Positions 1 to 9,664 of a stretch of 64,000 bases of DNA are shown in pieces. Source of the DNA: Lysobacterales bacterium (GTDB lineage: Bacteria; Pseudomonadota; Gammaproteobacteria; Xanthomonadales; SZUA-5); NCBI GenBank assembly GCA_022844165.1, contig JALHMH010000003.1:64001-128000 (forward strand), in the 5' to 3' direction. The position numbers and the translations under genes were made by a program. How positions within the stretch are numbered: the stretch's first letter is position 1; each line of letters opens with the position of its first letter. The notes below the pieces were generated by a model, which was given only the letters and a program-made list of their open reading frames with translations, did no database searches and was not told the DNA's origin.

Positions 1-1083
1 TGGTCCAAGTTCCTTCATGTCGCCAAGCACCAGAAAGCGAGGCGCAGGTTCGAGAGCCAGCGTATCGAGCGCGGCGGCCAGTGAACCCGGGTTGGCGTTG
101 TAGCTATCGTCGTAAAGCACGCCGTCATTCCAGTCGATGCGTTTCAAACGACCGCTGACGCCATGGGCCGCATTCAAGCCAGCTTCGATGGCATCAATGT
201 TGGCGCCGACCGCGAGCGCGAGGCTGGCGGCTGCGAGCGCGTTCATCACGTTATGGCGCCCAGGCAGTGGCAAGTCGATCTTTGCGCTCCCGACGGGCGT
301 GGTCAGTGTGAAGCGCGAATGGGCGCCGAGCTCGATATCCATGGCGCGAACATCCGCCTCGTGATCGATACCAAACCGCAACACGCGGTGTTCGCCGATG
401 TCACGCTCGAATGTGGCCACAAAAGGCTCGTCGGCGTTGAGTACCGCAACACCGCCTGACTTCAAGCCGCGATAGATTCCGCCTTTGGTTGCCGCTACGC
501 CCTCCAGGCTGCCCAGACGCTCCAGATGCGCCGGACCGACATTAGTGACCACTGCGGCATCGGGTGGTGCGATGGTCGCCAGCGCCTGGATGTCGTTCGG
601 TTTGCCGGCGCCCATTTCGATCACCGCGAATCGGTGGTTTGCGCCCAGGCCCAGTACCGTCAACGGCACTCCGATTTCGTTGTTGTAGTTGCCCGGCGTC
701 GCCAGCGTGTGGCCGACGCGCTGCAGGATGCTCGCGGTCAGTTCCTTGGTGGTTGTCTTACCGTTACTGCCGGTCAGCGCCAGCACCTTTGAGTTCAACG
801 TCGAGAGCCAGGCGCGGGCCAGTCGTTGCAGTGCAAGCAGCGTATCCGGCACGACAATTTGCGGCAGGCGAGCGTCTGTCTCACGTTCGACCAGCGCCGC
901 TGCCGCATGGTCAACCAACGCCGCAATGAAGCTGTGTCCATCGACACGTTCGCCCTTCAGCGCCACAAACAGCGCGCCCGGCGGCAATGCTCGAGAGTCG
1001 TGCGCAACGCCGACCGCCAGCGCATCAGCGCCGATGAGGCGACCGCCGGTCCATGTCGCTATTTGGCTGGCGAGGGCATTCAT
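1..1083 (-). CDS. murF: UDP-N-acetylmuramoyl-tripeptide--D-Ala-D-Ala ligase (3' end runs off the window)
   Basis: Not in the ORF track because it is open-ended. Hand translation of the minus strand gives VTGSNGKTTTKE and LYDDSYNANPGS...LVLGDMKELG. ATG at 1083 overlaps the murE stop (ATGA). Confidence 0.95.
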   Translation of the reverse strand, partial: MNALASQIATWTGGRLIGADALAVGVAHDSRALPPGALFVALKGERVDGHSFIAALVDHAAAALVERETDARLPQIVVPDTLLALQRLARAWLSTLNSKVLALTGSNGKTTTKELTASILQRVGHTLATPGNYNNEIGVPLTVLGLGANHRFAVIEMGAGKPNDIQALATIAPPDAAVVTNVGPAHLERLGSLEGVAATKGGIYRGLKSGGVAVLNADEPFVATFERDIGEHRVLRFGIDHEADVRAMDIELGAHSRFTLTTPVGSAKIDLPLPGRHNVMNALAAASLALAVGANIDAIEAGLNAAHGVSGRLKRIDWNDGVLYDDSYNANPGSLAAALDTLALEPAPRFLVLGDMKELGP

Positions 1084-2603
1084 GCGGCCTTCCCCAGCGC
1101 CTCGCGCGCCACGTGCGCATCATCGAACGGCAGCTTCTGTCCGGCAATCTCCTGGTAAGGCTCATGCCCTTTGCCGGCGATCAGGACCATATCGTTCGCT
1201 GCGGCCTCGGCGATTGCCCGATGGATCGCGCGGCGACGGTCGCGTTCGACAATCGGGCGGGTTTGCGGCGGAATCCCAGCGAGGATCTCGGCGACGATGG
1301 CATCGCCGTCTTCGCTGCGCGGATTGTCGTCGGTAATGTAGAGCCGATCGGCGGCGGACGCGGCCTGTGCCATCAATGGCCGCTTGCCGCGGTCGCGATC
1401 GCCGCCGCAACCAAAGACAATGCTCAGCGCGTTTGGCTGGTGTGCGCGCAATGCGCTGACTGCAACGCTGATAGCGTCCGGCGTATGTGCGTAGTCGACA
1501 ACCACCGTCGGCGCATTGGGCATCGCGATGCGATTCATTCGGCCAGGTACAGGTTGCAGCTGCGCCAGTGTGGCCGCGATCGCATCGGTTCGAAAGCCGA
1601 GCGCCAACAGCGCGCCGCAGGCCGCCAGGACATTGTCGACGTTGAATCTGCCAAGCAACGAGGTCTGCACTGGTAGCGCCACAGCTTCGTGCCTTGGCTC
1701 ATTCCCACGCGAACGGCATCCGGTCTCGCCGTCATCGTCGGCGAGACGTGCAATGTGCAGATCGAAAGCGATGCCGCGGCTGTCGAGGCGGATATTGCGC
1801 GCACTCAAATCGGCGTTCTGGCCGATTGCGCTATAGGTGACGGCGCGCACGTTGCCTGCGAGCCGTGGCAGCAGCTGGCGACCGTACGGGCAGTCGACAT
1901 TGATCACCGCAACGCGCAGCTTCGGCCACTCGAACAACTTTGCCTTTGCCGCAAAATAGGCTTCCATTGTGCTGTGGTAGTCCAAATGGTCGCGCGTCAG
2001 CTGTGTGAACACGGCGACTTCGAACGGCACGCCATCGACTCGCCCCTGGTCGAGTGCATGTGAGCTGACTTCCATTGCCGTGACGGCAATGTTCTGTGCC
2101 GCCATTTCAGCGAGGAACCGATGCGTCGCACAGACGTCCGGTGTCGTGCGTTCGCCAGGAATCAGCGCGCCGACCGGTCCGGCGCCGAGAGTGCCTTGCG
2201 TGGCAGCAGGTTGCCCGAGCATGACGGCTGCTTGCGCGATGAACTGGGCAATAGACGTCTTGCCGTTAGTGCCGGTGATGCCGACGATGCGCATCGAACT
2301 GACACCGTAGAGCCGCTGTGCGAGTGCGCCGACGAACGCACGCACGTGCGGCATCAGAATCAGTGGCACGTCGATCGATGGTGCATGGTCTGGCGTCTCG
2401 CCCAGTACCGCCACAGCGCCGCGCGCCACCGCCTGTTGGACGTGGCGCAAACCGTGTTGAGTGCCGCCGCGCAGCGCCAGGAATAAGTCTCCGGGGCGCA
2501 CTTCACGGCTGTCGAGGGCCAGGCCATGAATGGGCACAGATGGCACGTCTTGTGCAGGCACCAGGTTTGCCAGCAACACGTCTAATGTGAGAGGCGTATT
2601 CAT
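1080..2603 (-). CDS. murE: UDP-MurNAc-Ala-Glu--meso-DAP ligase
   Basis: GITGTNGKTS, MEVSSHALDQGRV, VVDYAHTPDA, DDNPRSE (DAP-type) and AGKGHE motifs. Start reassigned to MNTPLTL (ATG 2603, ATGA overlap with the ftsI stop). Confidence 0.96.
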   Translation of the reverse strand: MNTPLTLDVLLANLVPAQDVPSVPIHGLALDSREVRPGDLFLALRGGTQHGLRHVQQAVARGAVAVLGETPDHAPSIDVPLILMPHVRAFVGALAQRLYGVSSMRIVGITGTNGKTSIAQFIAQAAVMLGQPAATQGTLGAGPVGALIPGERTTPDVCATHRFLAEMAAQNIAVTAMEVSSHALDQGRVDGVPFEVAVFTQLTRDHLDYHSTMEAYFAAKAKLFEWPKLRVAVINVDCPYGRQLLPRLAGNVRAVTYSAIGQNADLSARNIRLDSRGIAFDLHIARLADDDGETGCRSRGNEPRHEAVALPVQTSLLGRFNVDNVLAACGALLALGFRTDAIAATLAQLQPVPGRMNRIAMPNAPTVVVDYAHTPDAISVAVSALRAHQPNALSIVFGCGGDRDRGKRPLMAQAASAADRLYITDDNPRSEDGDAIVAEILAGIPPQTRPIVERDRRRAIHRAIAEAAANDMVLIAGKGHEPYQEIAGQKLPFDDAHVAREALGKAA

Positions 2604-4351
2604 GGCAGCGTCGCCTCTCCCACAACTTCGGCGACAGCTTCGAGTTCTTCTTCCCGGCTCAGTTGCTGTGCAACGATCAGTGGCGAATCGGGTGCGATGT
2701 TCATCAGCCGCAACGAACCGCCGACGATATTGCCGAACGCAGGCGCGGCGACGAGGCCGCCGTAGTACTGGCCCGCGGTCGGATCGTTGATCACGACGAC
2801 CACAGCGAGGCGGGGGTTGGAGACAGGCGCCATTCCAGCAAACACGGAGATGTAACGTGCTTCGGTGTATCCACCAATACCGGCTTTGATCGACGTTCCG
2901 GTTTTGCCGGCGACGCGGTAGTAGGGCACGGCCGCCTTTGTGGCCGTGCCTGTTGGGCCCGTCACGGTTTCCAGCATCTGCAGCACCGTTTGCGCGAGCG
3001 TCGGGTCGATGACGGCGGTGTCGGGATTCGCGCCACCCTTGACGAACGTCGGCGCGCGCATGCGACCGGAATTGGCCAATGCAGCGTAAGCATTGGCCAT
3101 CTGCAGCGCGGTGACACTCATGCCATAGCCGTAACTGAGCGTGACCTTTTCGATCGGCCGCCAACGCTTGTAATCTGGCAGCACGCCTGGGCTCTCGCCG
3201 GGAAACATCGAGCCGGTCACCGAGCCGAAACCGAAGCGATGGAACATGTCGTAAAGGAACTCACTGTCGATCGCCTGCGCCAACTTGGTGGCGCCGACAT
3301 TGCTCGATTTGGTTAAAACGCCGGTCACGTCCAGGGTACCGAAGTTGCGCACATCCTTGACCACAAATCCGCCACTCACCGGCAGCTGTCCAGGGGCGGT
3401 TTCGATCTTGCTGTCCGGCGTGAACTTGCCCGTTTCCAAAGCCGCGGCAGCGGTGAATGCCTTAATCACCGACCCCGGTTCGAAGACGTCGGTCGCGGCG
3501 CGATTGCGAACGCTGCCGCCGCGATCGCGCGTGCGTGCGTTCGGGTTGTAGCTGGGTTGATTGACCATCGCCAGGATTTCGCCGGTGGGCACGTCGAGTA
3601 CCACAACCGATCCGCTGGTCGCTTTGTTCTCCACCAACGCGTTCTTGAGCTCGCGATACGCCAGGTACTGGATGCGGCGATCGATGCTGAGCGTCAGATC
3701 TTTGCCTGGCTCGGCAGCGCTGATCAGATCGACGTCTTCGACGCGGCGCCCACGGCGATCCTGAATCACCTTCTTCCTTCCCGGTTTGCCGGCAAGCCAA
3801 CTTTCGAAGGCCAGTTCCATACCTTCCTGACCATGATCGTCGATGTCGGAATAACCGATGACATGCGCCAACACTTCGCCGGCCGGGTAGTAGCGTCGGA
3901 ACTCGCGCTGCGCGTGAACGCCCGGAATATCCAGATCGAGTACGCCGTTGGCCTCATCGGGGCTGATATGGCGCTTCAGATACACAAACTCCTTGTCGCT
4001 GCGCTGCACCAGCCTTTGCATTAAAGCGCCGTCGTCGCTCTCCAGTGCAGATGCAAGTTCTGGCACGCGCTCGGCCGCTTCGGCCAGCAGCTGCCTGGGA
4101 TTCGCCCACAGCGACATCACAGGGGTGGACACGGCCAGCGGCTCGCCATTGCGATCCACGATCATGCCGCGATAGGCCGGAATGGCGACTTCGCGCAAGT
4201 GCCGCGCATCGCCTTGGGCCTGGTAAAACTCCTTGCCCAATACCTGCACAGCGATGGCTTTGCCGACCAGCCCCGTGGTTGCGAGCACCAACACCATGAC
4301 CACCGTGTACAGGCGCAGACGGTAATTGGGTGGGCGTAGGCGCGGTTTCAT
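2600..4351 (-). CDS. ftsI: Penicillin-binding protein 3 (cell-division transpeptidase)
   Basis: N-terminal TM segment, RGMIVDRNGEPLAVS, SxxK (GSVIK), SSN and KTG motifs. GGAGG RBS precedes ATG 4351. Position in the dcw cluster fits. Confidence 0.96.
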   Translation of the reverse strand: MKPRLRPPNYRLRLYTVVMVLVLATTGLVGKAIAVQVLGKEFYQAQGDARHLREVAIPAYRGMIVDRNGEPLAVSTPVMSLWANPRQLLAEAAERVPELASALESDDGALMQRLVQRSDKEFVYLKRHISPDEANGVLDLDIPGVHAQREFRRYYPAGEVLAHVIGYSDIDDHGQEGMELAFESWLAGKPGRKKVIQDRRGRRVEDVDLISAAEPGKDLTLSIDRRIQYLAYRELKNALVENKATSGSVVVLDVPTGEILAMVNQPSYNPNARTRDRGGSVRNRAATDVFEPGSVIKAFTAAAALETGKFTPDSKIETAPGQLPVSGGFVVKDVRNFGTLDVTGVLTKSSNVGATKLAQAIDSEFLYDMFHRFGFGSVTGSMFPGESPGVLPDYKRWRPIEKVTLSYGYGMSVTALQMANAYAALANSGRMRAPTFVKGGANPDTAVIDPTLAQTVLQMLETVTGPTGTATKAAVPYYRVAGKTGTSIKAGIGGYTEARYISVFAGMAPVSNPRLAVVVVINDPTAGQYYGGLVAAPAFGNIVGGSLRLMNIAPDSPLIVAQQLSREEELEAVAEVVGEATLP

Positions 4352-4380
4352 GCGTGCCTCCAACAGCTGCAAACGCGGCG

Positions 4381-4522
4381 CACGGGGCACGGGTCACGGG
4401 GCGCGAGTTTGCCGAAACCGGATGGGAAACGAGCTGGCAAGGCAGACGCATCGAAGGAACGGCCTGCAACGTACCGGCAGGACGCACAACGTCGTCCCGT
4501 ATCCCGTGCCCCATGTCCCGCT
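4381..4522. repeat. Imperfect inverted heptad-repeat element in the ftsL-ftsI spacer
   Basis: cacgggg-cacgggt-cacgggg at about 4381-4401 and complementary tcccgta-tcccgtg-ccccatg-tcccgct at about 4495-4522. Confidence 0.6.
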
Positions 4523-4541
4523 TCTCTCGCAATCAAAACGC

Positions 4542-4811
4542 TCATGGCGCAATCACCACGATGTCGCGTGGCGCGACGAAGCTCATGCCCAATTCGCGCG
4601 TAGCGATTTGTTCGACACGATTGGCGTCGGCCCAGGTCGATTGCTCCAACTGCAATTGACCCCATTCGATATTCAGCTCATCGCGTTCTGCGTGCAGACG
4701 CTCGATGGCAAAGAACTTCTGGCGCGCCTCATGGCGCGCGTAGACCAGAGCCACGGCGCTGCCGATCACCGCCGCGACCATCAATCCCAATAGCACGCTG
4801 CGCGCGGTCAT
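4542..4811 (-). CDS. ftsL: Cell division protein FtsL
   Basis: Single TM plus coiled coil, EWGQLQLEQSTWA...RVEQIA motif, located between rsmH and ftsI. Confidence 0.95.
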   Translation of the reverse strand: MTARSVLLGLMVAAVIGSAVALVYARHEARQKFFAIERLHAERDELNIEWGQLQLEQSTWADANRVEQIATRELGMSFVAPRDIVVIAP

Positions 4812-5731
4812 AGGCGCCTCTCGGCAATGCGCAACACGGCACTTCGGGCGCGGGGATTGGCAGCGATTTCCGCCGCGCTCGGCAAAAACTTGTCGCGATC
4901 GATGAGCGTCAAGTGGCTGGCGTCCGGCGGTGGCAACCGGCGCGAAACCACCGGTGGCCGGCTTCGGGTTTGAACAAACTGTTTGACGCGTCGGTCTTCA
5001 AGCGAATGGAAGCTGATGGCTGCCAGCCGGCCGCCCGGCTTAAGGCACTTTTCCGCGGCAAGCAACCCGCGGTCAATCGCGCCGAGCTCATCGTTGACTG
5101 CGATCCGAATCGCCTGGAACGAACGTGTCGCCGGATGTTGAGCTCCGGTTTTGGGCACAAGGCCTGCGATGAACTCTGCCAATTCGGCCGTTCGCGTAAA
5201 CGGCTTTTCGTGAACGCGTGCTTTCAGCGCCCGTGCCAGGCGCCGCGCGTGCTTTTCTTCGCCGAAATCGAAAAGTGCGTTCGCTAACACAGCCTCATCC
5301 ACCTGTTCCAGCCACTGCCCGGCGCTCACGCCGTGAGCCGGGTCCATTCGCATGTCGAGCGGGCCGTCGCGCAAAAAACTAAAGCCGCGCTCCGGCTCGT
5401 CCAACTGGGGCGATGACACCCCGAAATCGAACAAAATGCCGTCCCAGCCCTGCGCTGGGACGACAAGATCAAGCTCGGCGAAATTCGCGTGGTGAATTGC
5501 GAAACGCCGATCCTCCGCCGCCAGTGCCTTCCCAGCCTCAACCGCGCTAGGATCGCGATCTAGTGCCTGCAACTGGCCCATCGATGACAGCCGTGCCAAC
5601 AACGCACGGCTGTGCCCACCGCGACCGAACGTGGCGTCGATGTAGCGCCCGTCCGGCTTGATGCTCAGTCCATTGAGCGTTTCTTCTAACAGCACCGGTG
5701 TATGCCCGGTTTGCACTCCCTCAGACTTCAA
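4808..5731 (-). CDS. rsmH: 16S rRNA m4C1402 methyltransferase
   Basis: HTPVLLEE, DATFGRGGHS, GVSSPQLD, ISFHSLEDR and NPRARSA motifs. Confidence 0.97.
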   Translation of the reverse strand: MKSEGVQTGHTPVLLEETLNGLSIKPDGRYIDATFGRGGHSRALLARLSSMGQLQALDRDPSAVEAGKALAAEDRRFAIHHANFAELDLVVPAQGWDGILFDFGVSSPQLDEPERGFSFLRDGPLDMRMDPAHGVSAGQWLEQVDEAVLANALFDFGEEKHARRLARALKARVHEKPFTRTAELAEFIAGLVPKTGAQHPATRSFQAIRIAVNDELGAIDRGLLAAEKCLKPGGRLAAISFHSLEDRRVKQFVQTRSRPPVVSRRLPPPDASHLTLIDRDKFLPSAAEIAANPRARSAVLRIAERRL

Positions 5732-6180
5732 AACCGCAGCGCTCGCATCGCATCGGTAATCGCACTTTCTGTGATCGGCTGCTCCAGGCGCGCCTGCTGC
5801 GCGCTATCGCTCCAGAGCTCGAATTTCTCACCCATGCCGAGCAGCACCGCACTCTTGCTCAGGCCGGCCGCATGTCGCGCGCTGTGGGGCAGCAAAAAGC
5901 GCCCGTTCGAATCCAGCGACACGTGCGCCGCCGCTCCGATCAGCTTGCGCTGCAGCTCGCGGTGCGCGGCGTCGAAACTCCCCAGACTCACCACTTGATC
6001 GCGCACCCGTTCCCACTCGAGGAGTGGGAAAATCCACAGGCACTCGCGCTCAAACGGGTTGTAGGTGATGACCAATCGGTTCTGGCATAGCGTCGACAAG
6101 GCGTCGCGATACGACGTCGGTACGCTCAAGCGCCCCTTGTCGTCGATCGAAACCGAGTTTTCGCCGTAGAAGAGGCTCAT
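5728..6180 (-). CDS. mraZ: Transcriptional regulator MraZ
   Basis: Two DxxGR repeats (IDDKGRL, LDSNGRF) and first gene of the dcw cluster. ATG 6180 chosen as start. Confidence 0.95.
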   Translation of the reverse strand: MSLFYGENSVSIDDKGRLSVPTSYRDALSTLCQNRLVITYNPFERECLWIFPLLEWERVRDQVVSLGSFDAAHRELQRKLIGAAAHVSLDSNGRFLLPHSARHAAGLSKSAVLLGMGEKFELWSDSAQQARLEQPITESAITDAMRALRF

Positions 6181-6183
6181 GAG

Positions 6184-6246
6184 CCCACAAAAATCCACTT
6201 TTCACCATGATTTCCCACTCTACGCCCGCACATTGCATTCGGTCAA
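6184..6246 (-). promoter_or_regulatory. dcw promoter (sigma70-like) with four MraZ-binding boxes
   Basis: Minus strand reads TTGACC-N18-TAGAGT, followed or overlapped by GTGGG-N5-ATGGT-N5-GTGGA-N5-GTGGG (10-bp period, 6218 to 6184), matching the known MraZ direct-repeat box. Confidence 0.8.
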
Positions 6247-6415
6247 GGAAAAATCCTTGCGTAACAATGACTTAACGGATCTTAGTTGGTTTCGAGAAAG
6301 TCAGCGTAAGTGGTTGAATTTCAACTGATCATTCTCAGTAGTCGTTCGCGTCGCTGACGCGACGCGGCAACTTTCGTGAACGGCGTCAGGAAATTGCCAC
6401 GGTTTGCACCGGGTG

Positions 6416-8332
6416 CTACGGCCCGGCGACCGCAACCGGACAGGCGATGGCCGCCACTTCGTCGCCTCGCGGCATACCGGGTACGAGTGCGGCCACACGT
6501 TTCGGACTGCCGTCGATGCGCCAATCGTAGAGCACAGAAAACGCCATCACTCGCGCGACATACTCGCGAGTTTCTTTGTACGGAATGGTCTCGACCCAAA
6601 GATCCCACGGTGGCAGCGGTTCGCCGAGCCAGCGTTTGACGGCGCCAATTCCTGCGTTGTAAGCGGCCGTGGCAAGCACCGGGTTGCCCTCCAGATCGGC
6701 CAGCCGCCGGGCCAGATATGTGGTGCCCAGACGGATGTTGTGATCGCCGTCGTCGAGTGGCTCAACACGGACATTCAGACTCTTTGCGACGGCAGCAGCA
6801 GTGGCCGGCATCAGCTGCATCAAACCGCGTGCGCCGACAGGCGAACGTGCGCCTGCATTCCATGCGCTCTCAGCGCGAATGAGGCCCAAAATCCAGGGTT
6901 TGGAAAGACCCGTGCGAACCGCTGCCCCTGCCACCGTGCGCTGATGTAGCAGCGGAAAACGCGCATCGTACTGGCGCAGATCCGCTTCGCCATTGAGCGT
7001 GAATATCGCCCATTCGTGCAAACCCTCGCGGCTGGCAACGAGTCCCGCTTCGCGCTTCAACTCCGCTGGAAACTTCTGCAGTTGCCAGAACCACTCTGCC
7101 CTGGCGCGGGTGCGATCGCCCAGCGCCAGCCATTCCAGCGAGCGTTGTACGCCGCCTGCACCAAGCACCTTCAGCGCCCGCTCTGTGTCCAGAAGTGGGC
7201 TTAGCGGACAGATCGCATACGGTGTACCAAGTTGATCTGCGGCCAGGAAGCCGTGGAAGTTCGCTTGCGCAGCGGCTTGTTTGAAAGCGGCCTCGGCGGC
7301 CGCCGAATCCCCGAGCAATTGTTGTACGCGCCCTTTGGCGTAAGCCCATCGGGCTTGCCCTGCGAGCGCGGGTGTCATGCCCTCCAGCGCTTCGAGTGCT
7401 GCCGCATAGTCGGTGCGGCGCAGTGCATAGCGGACTTGCCACTCGCGTAGACCGTCGTCCACGGCAGCCTTGGGCACCTTTCGCGACAGGACCAGGGCAT
7501 TGTCGAGCCGCTCGACGAAGGCATAACGTGCGATCTCTGCCAGCGCCAGACCCTTGTCCGCCTCGGTCAACGGGAATCGTGCAGCGATCCGCAGATAACG
7601 CTCGTAGGCCGATGCCGCGCTGCTGCGCGCGAGGCGCGAAACCGCCATCGCAGCGGCGCGCGAATGCGCGGCGTCGGTCGGCCATTTGTTCGCCGCATTC
7701 AGGGCCACCTGGGGGTCGCGCCGCGCCAGGACCAGGCGTTGCGCGCCCAATTTTTCTGCGGCGGGCAATCGTTCTGCCCACAACGCCGCGAGCGGCAGGC
7801 GGTCAGTCTTGATCGCGTCATCGAAGCGCGCACGTATGTCTTGGGGTGCCAGGGCCGCCTGCCGAAGCGGGGGGTCGCAGGCTGCGATGGCACGATCGAT
7901 TCGCGACAGGATGCGCGGTATCAGTGCCGCCGGTGGTTTGCGCTTCAAAGCGCCAAGCGCATTGAATGCCTGGCAATCGGCCTCGACGCTGGCGTTGTCT
8001 TCGCGATAAATCGCGATCAGGTCGGCGTGCCGGTGGACGCGCGCCAACGCGCTGATAAGATCGGCGCGCAGTCGCTCGCCGGGAAGCGTATCGCCATACT
8101 CTGACAGATAGGCTTCGATGCGCTTGAATGGCTTTTTCAGTGGGTCGCGACGCAGGAATTCGTATTGCAAATAGGGAGTGAGTGGATAGCTGACCAGCTC
8201 AGCTCTCGCGCCCACATCGACGCCGCTCTGCGCCTGGCGCCATGCAGCCGTAAAGGCCTTGCGCTCGGGCGTTCGGTCGGCAGCCAGCAACCCACCCGGT
8301 ATCAACAAGAGCAGCATCAAAAAAACGCGCAT
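6416..8332 (-). CDS. slt: Soluble lytic murein transglycosylase (Slt70-like)
   Basis: Signal peptide MRVFLMLLLLIPGGLLA, alpha-superhelical body, catalytic IRAESAW, GLMQLMP, AAYNAG and ETIPYKETREYV motifs. Confidence 0.92.
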   Translation of the reverse strand: MRVFLMLLLLIPGGLLAADRTPERKAFTAAWRQAQSGVDVGARAELVSYPLTPYLQYEFLRRDPLKKPFKRIEAYLSEYGDTLPGERLRADLISALARVHRHADLIAIYREDNASVEADCQAFNALGALKRKPPAALIPRILSRIDRAIAACDPPLRQAALAPQDIRARFDDAIKTDRLPLAALWAERLPAAEKLGAQRLVLARRDPQVALNAANKWPTDAAHSRAAAMAVSRLARSSAASAYERYLRIAARFPLTEADKGLALAEIARYAFVERLDNALVLSRKVPKAAVDDGLREWQVRYALRRTDYAAALEALEGMTPALAGQARWAYAKGRVQQLLGDSAAAEAAFKQAAAQANFHGFLAADQLGTPYAICPLSPLLDTERALKVLGAGGVQRSLEWLALGDRTRARAEWFWQLQKFPAELKREAGLVASREGLHEWAIFTLNGEADLRQYDARFPLLHQRTVAGAAVRTGLSKPWILGLIRAESAWNAGARSPVGARGLMQLMPATAAAVAKSLNVRVEPLDDGDHNIRLGTTYLARRLADLEGNPVLATAAYNAGIGAVKRWLGEPLPPWDLWVETIPYKETREYVARVMAFSVLYDWRIDGSPKRVAALVPGMPRGDEVAAIACPVAVAGP

Positions 8333-8401
8333 TTCAGGATTTTTTGGGAACGACCGCGCAACACTACCCAAATCCTGCTCAGAATCGCCGATCATCCAAA
8401 C

Positions 8402-8857
8402 ATGAACGTCGCAACGGTTCATCAACACTTTCCACCGCCATCCGGGTTCCCGGAAAAAACTCTGACGGCGTACTTACGCACCCAATACCGGGTTGAGCTG
8501 CCAGGCGGCAGCGCGATTCTGAAGATTGCGCAACCGAACGCGGCGCTGCTGGCAGCCATGCACGAATGGGAATTTGCCGAAGCCTTTTTGATGACCGCGC
8601 ACAACCCTTACAGTCGCCCAACCGCGGCGGCAGAGAATGTGCGGCGACAAAACGCGTTGCTGGCAACCTTGCAAGCGCGCGCCGCCCGATGTTGGTATGG
8701 CACGACCCAGGCACCGGATGCCTGGCCCACCGAACCGTTGGTCATGGTGGCGGGCGTTGAGATCGGTATCGGAATAGATCTGGCGAGACAATTCGAACAG
8801 AATGCGATCGTTGCGGTCGGCCCGACCGCTGTATCACAGCTGGCGTTTGCTGTTTGA
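8402..8857 (+). CDS. DUF3293-like protein
   Basis: AYLRTQYRV, FLMTAHNPYS, W-x-EP and ARQFEQNAIV match my recall of DUF3293. Start uncertain. Confidence 0.7.
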   Translation: MNVATVHQHFPPPSGFPEKTLTAYLRTQYRVELPGGSAILKIAQPNAALLAAMHEWEFAEAFLMTAHNPYSRPTAAAENVRRQNALLATLQARAARCWYGTTQAPDAWPTEPLVMVAGVEIGIGIDLARQFEQNAIVAVGPTAVSQLAFAV

Positions 8858-8861
8858 ACGT

Positions 8862-8904
8862 CGAAGTCTTGCTCCCGTCCAATCGGGAGCAGCCGGAGAC
8901 TTCG
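8862..8904. terminator. Stem-loop between convergent genes
   Basis: cgaagtct-tgctcccg-N6-cgggagca-N5-agacttcg nested inverted repeat; no clear U-tract. Confidence 0.5.
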
Positions 8905-8910
8905 CAGAGA

Positions 8911-9513
8911 TCACGGATCGGCGGGTTCCACTGACACTCTTACACGGAGCTTTTCGCCCGGATCGTATCCGAGGCGCGAAAAGAACACCTCGCCGCGATA
9001 GCGGTATTCGACATCGTAGCCGATGATGCGCCGCTCGTCGTAACCGGATTCCACAACGCGGCAGCGCGTTTCGACCTCGCGATAACTGCTCGGGCGGTTG
9101 TTATTGGCATCCACTTCGCGGCCGACCGCACCGCCAATGACCGCACCGGCAACCGTAGCCGCGCGGCGACCGTCGCCACTGCCCACCGTGTTGCCCAGCG
9201 CGCCGCCGACGATGGCACCGACGATCGTACCCGTCGTGGTGTTCTCGTAGCGACCGCCGGAACGACGCACTTCCGAGTCGTAACACTCCTCGCGTGGTTC
9301 GCTGACGCGCACGGTTTCGTAGATCGGATCGACGCGCAGCACATCGGCATAAACCGTGCGCACATTTTCGTCGGGATATGCCGGCGGCGGGCCATAGTCT
9401 CGCGGTTGTGCCATGGCGCTCGTGGCAAGTCCCAACGACAGCGCAACGGCGAGTCCAGCTTTGCAGCCAGGCCGACATGGAAGAGCTCGATTCATGGAAA
9501 GGAATGAACGCAT
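8911..9513 (-). CDS. Glycine-zipper 2TM exported protein (YcfJ-like)
   Basis: Signal-like N-terminus, GAIVGGALGNTVGSGDGRRAATVAGAVIGG zipper and GYDVEYRY...DPG C-terminus. GGAG RBS before 9513. Confidence 0.85.
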   Translation of the reverse strand: MRSFLSMNRALPCRPGCKAGLAVALSLGLATSAMAQPRDYGPPPAYPDENVRTVYADVLRVDPIYETVRVSEPREECYDSEVRRSGGRYENTTTGTIVGAIVGGALGNTVGSGDGRRAATVAGAVIGGAVGREVDANNNRPSSYREVETRCRVVESGYDERRIIGYDVEYRYRGEVFFSRLGYDPGEKLRVRVSVEPADP

Positions 9514-9664
9514 CGCGATCTCCGAGGAGCACTTAACAGGCCCATTACATCAGCGGGGGGCTGAATGCATTCTGATGCCCTTCGGTTGTCGTCCGGTACA
9601 GGTCGACGGGTGAATCCATCAGGCTGTGGAGAAACGCACAGTAAGTGCGTTTCTCAACAACCTG

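Noticed and set aside
2604-3164. N-terminal 187-aa extension of the murE ORF in the track
   Set aside because: Overlaps ftsI in another frame; the real start is the ATGA-coupled ATG at 2603.
9561-9576. CTGAA-N6-CTGAT 11-bp-period repeat upstream of the glycine-zipper gene (OmpR/PhoP-like box)
   Set aside because: Too short and imperfect to support without comparative data.
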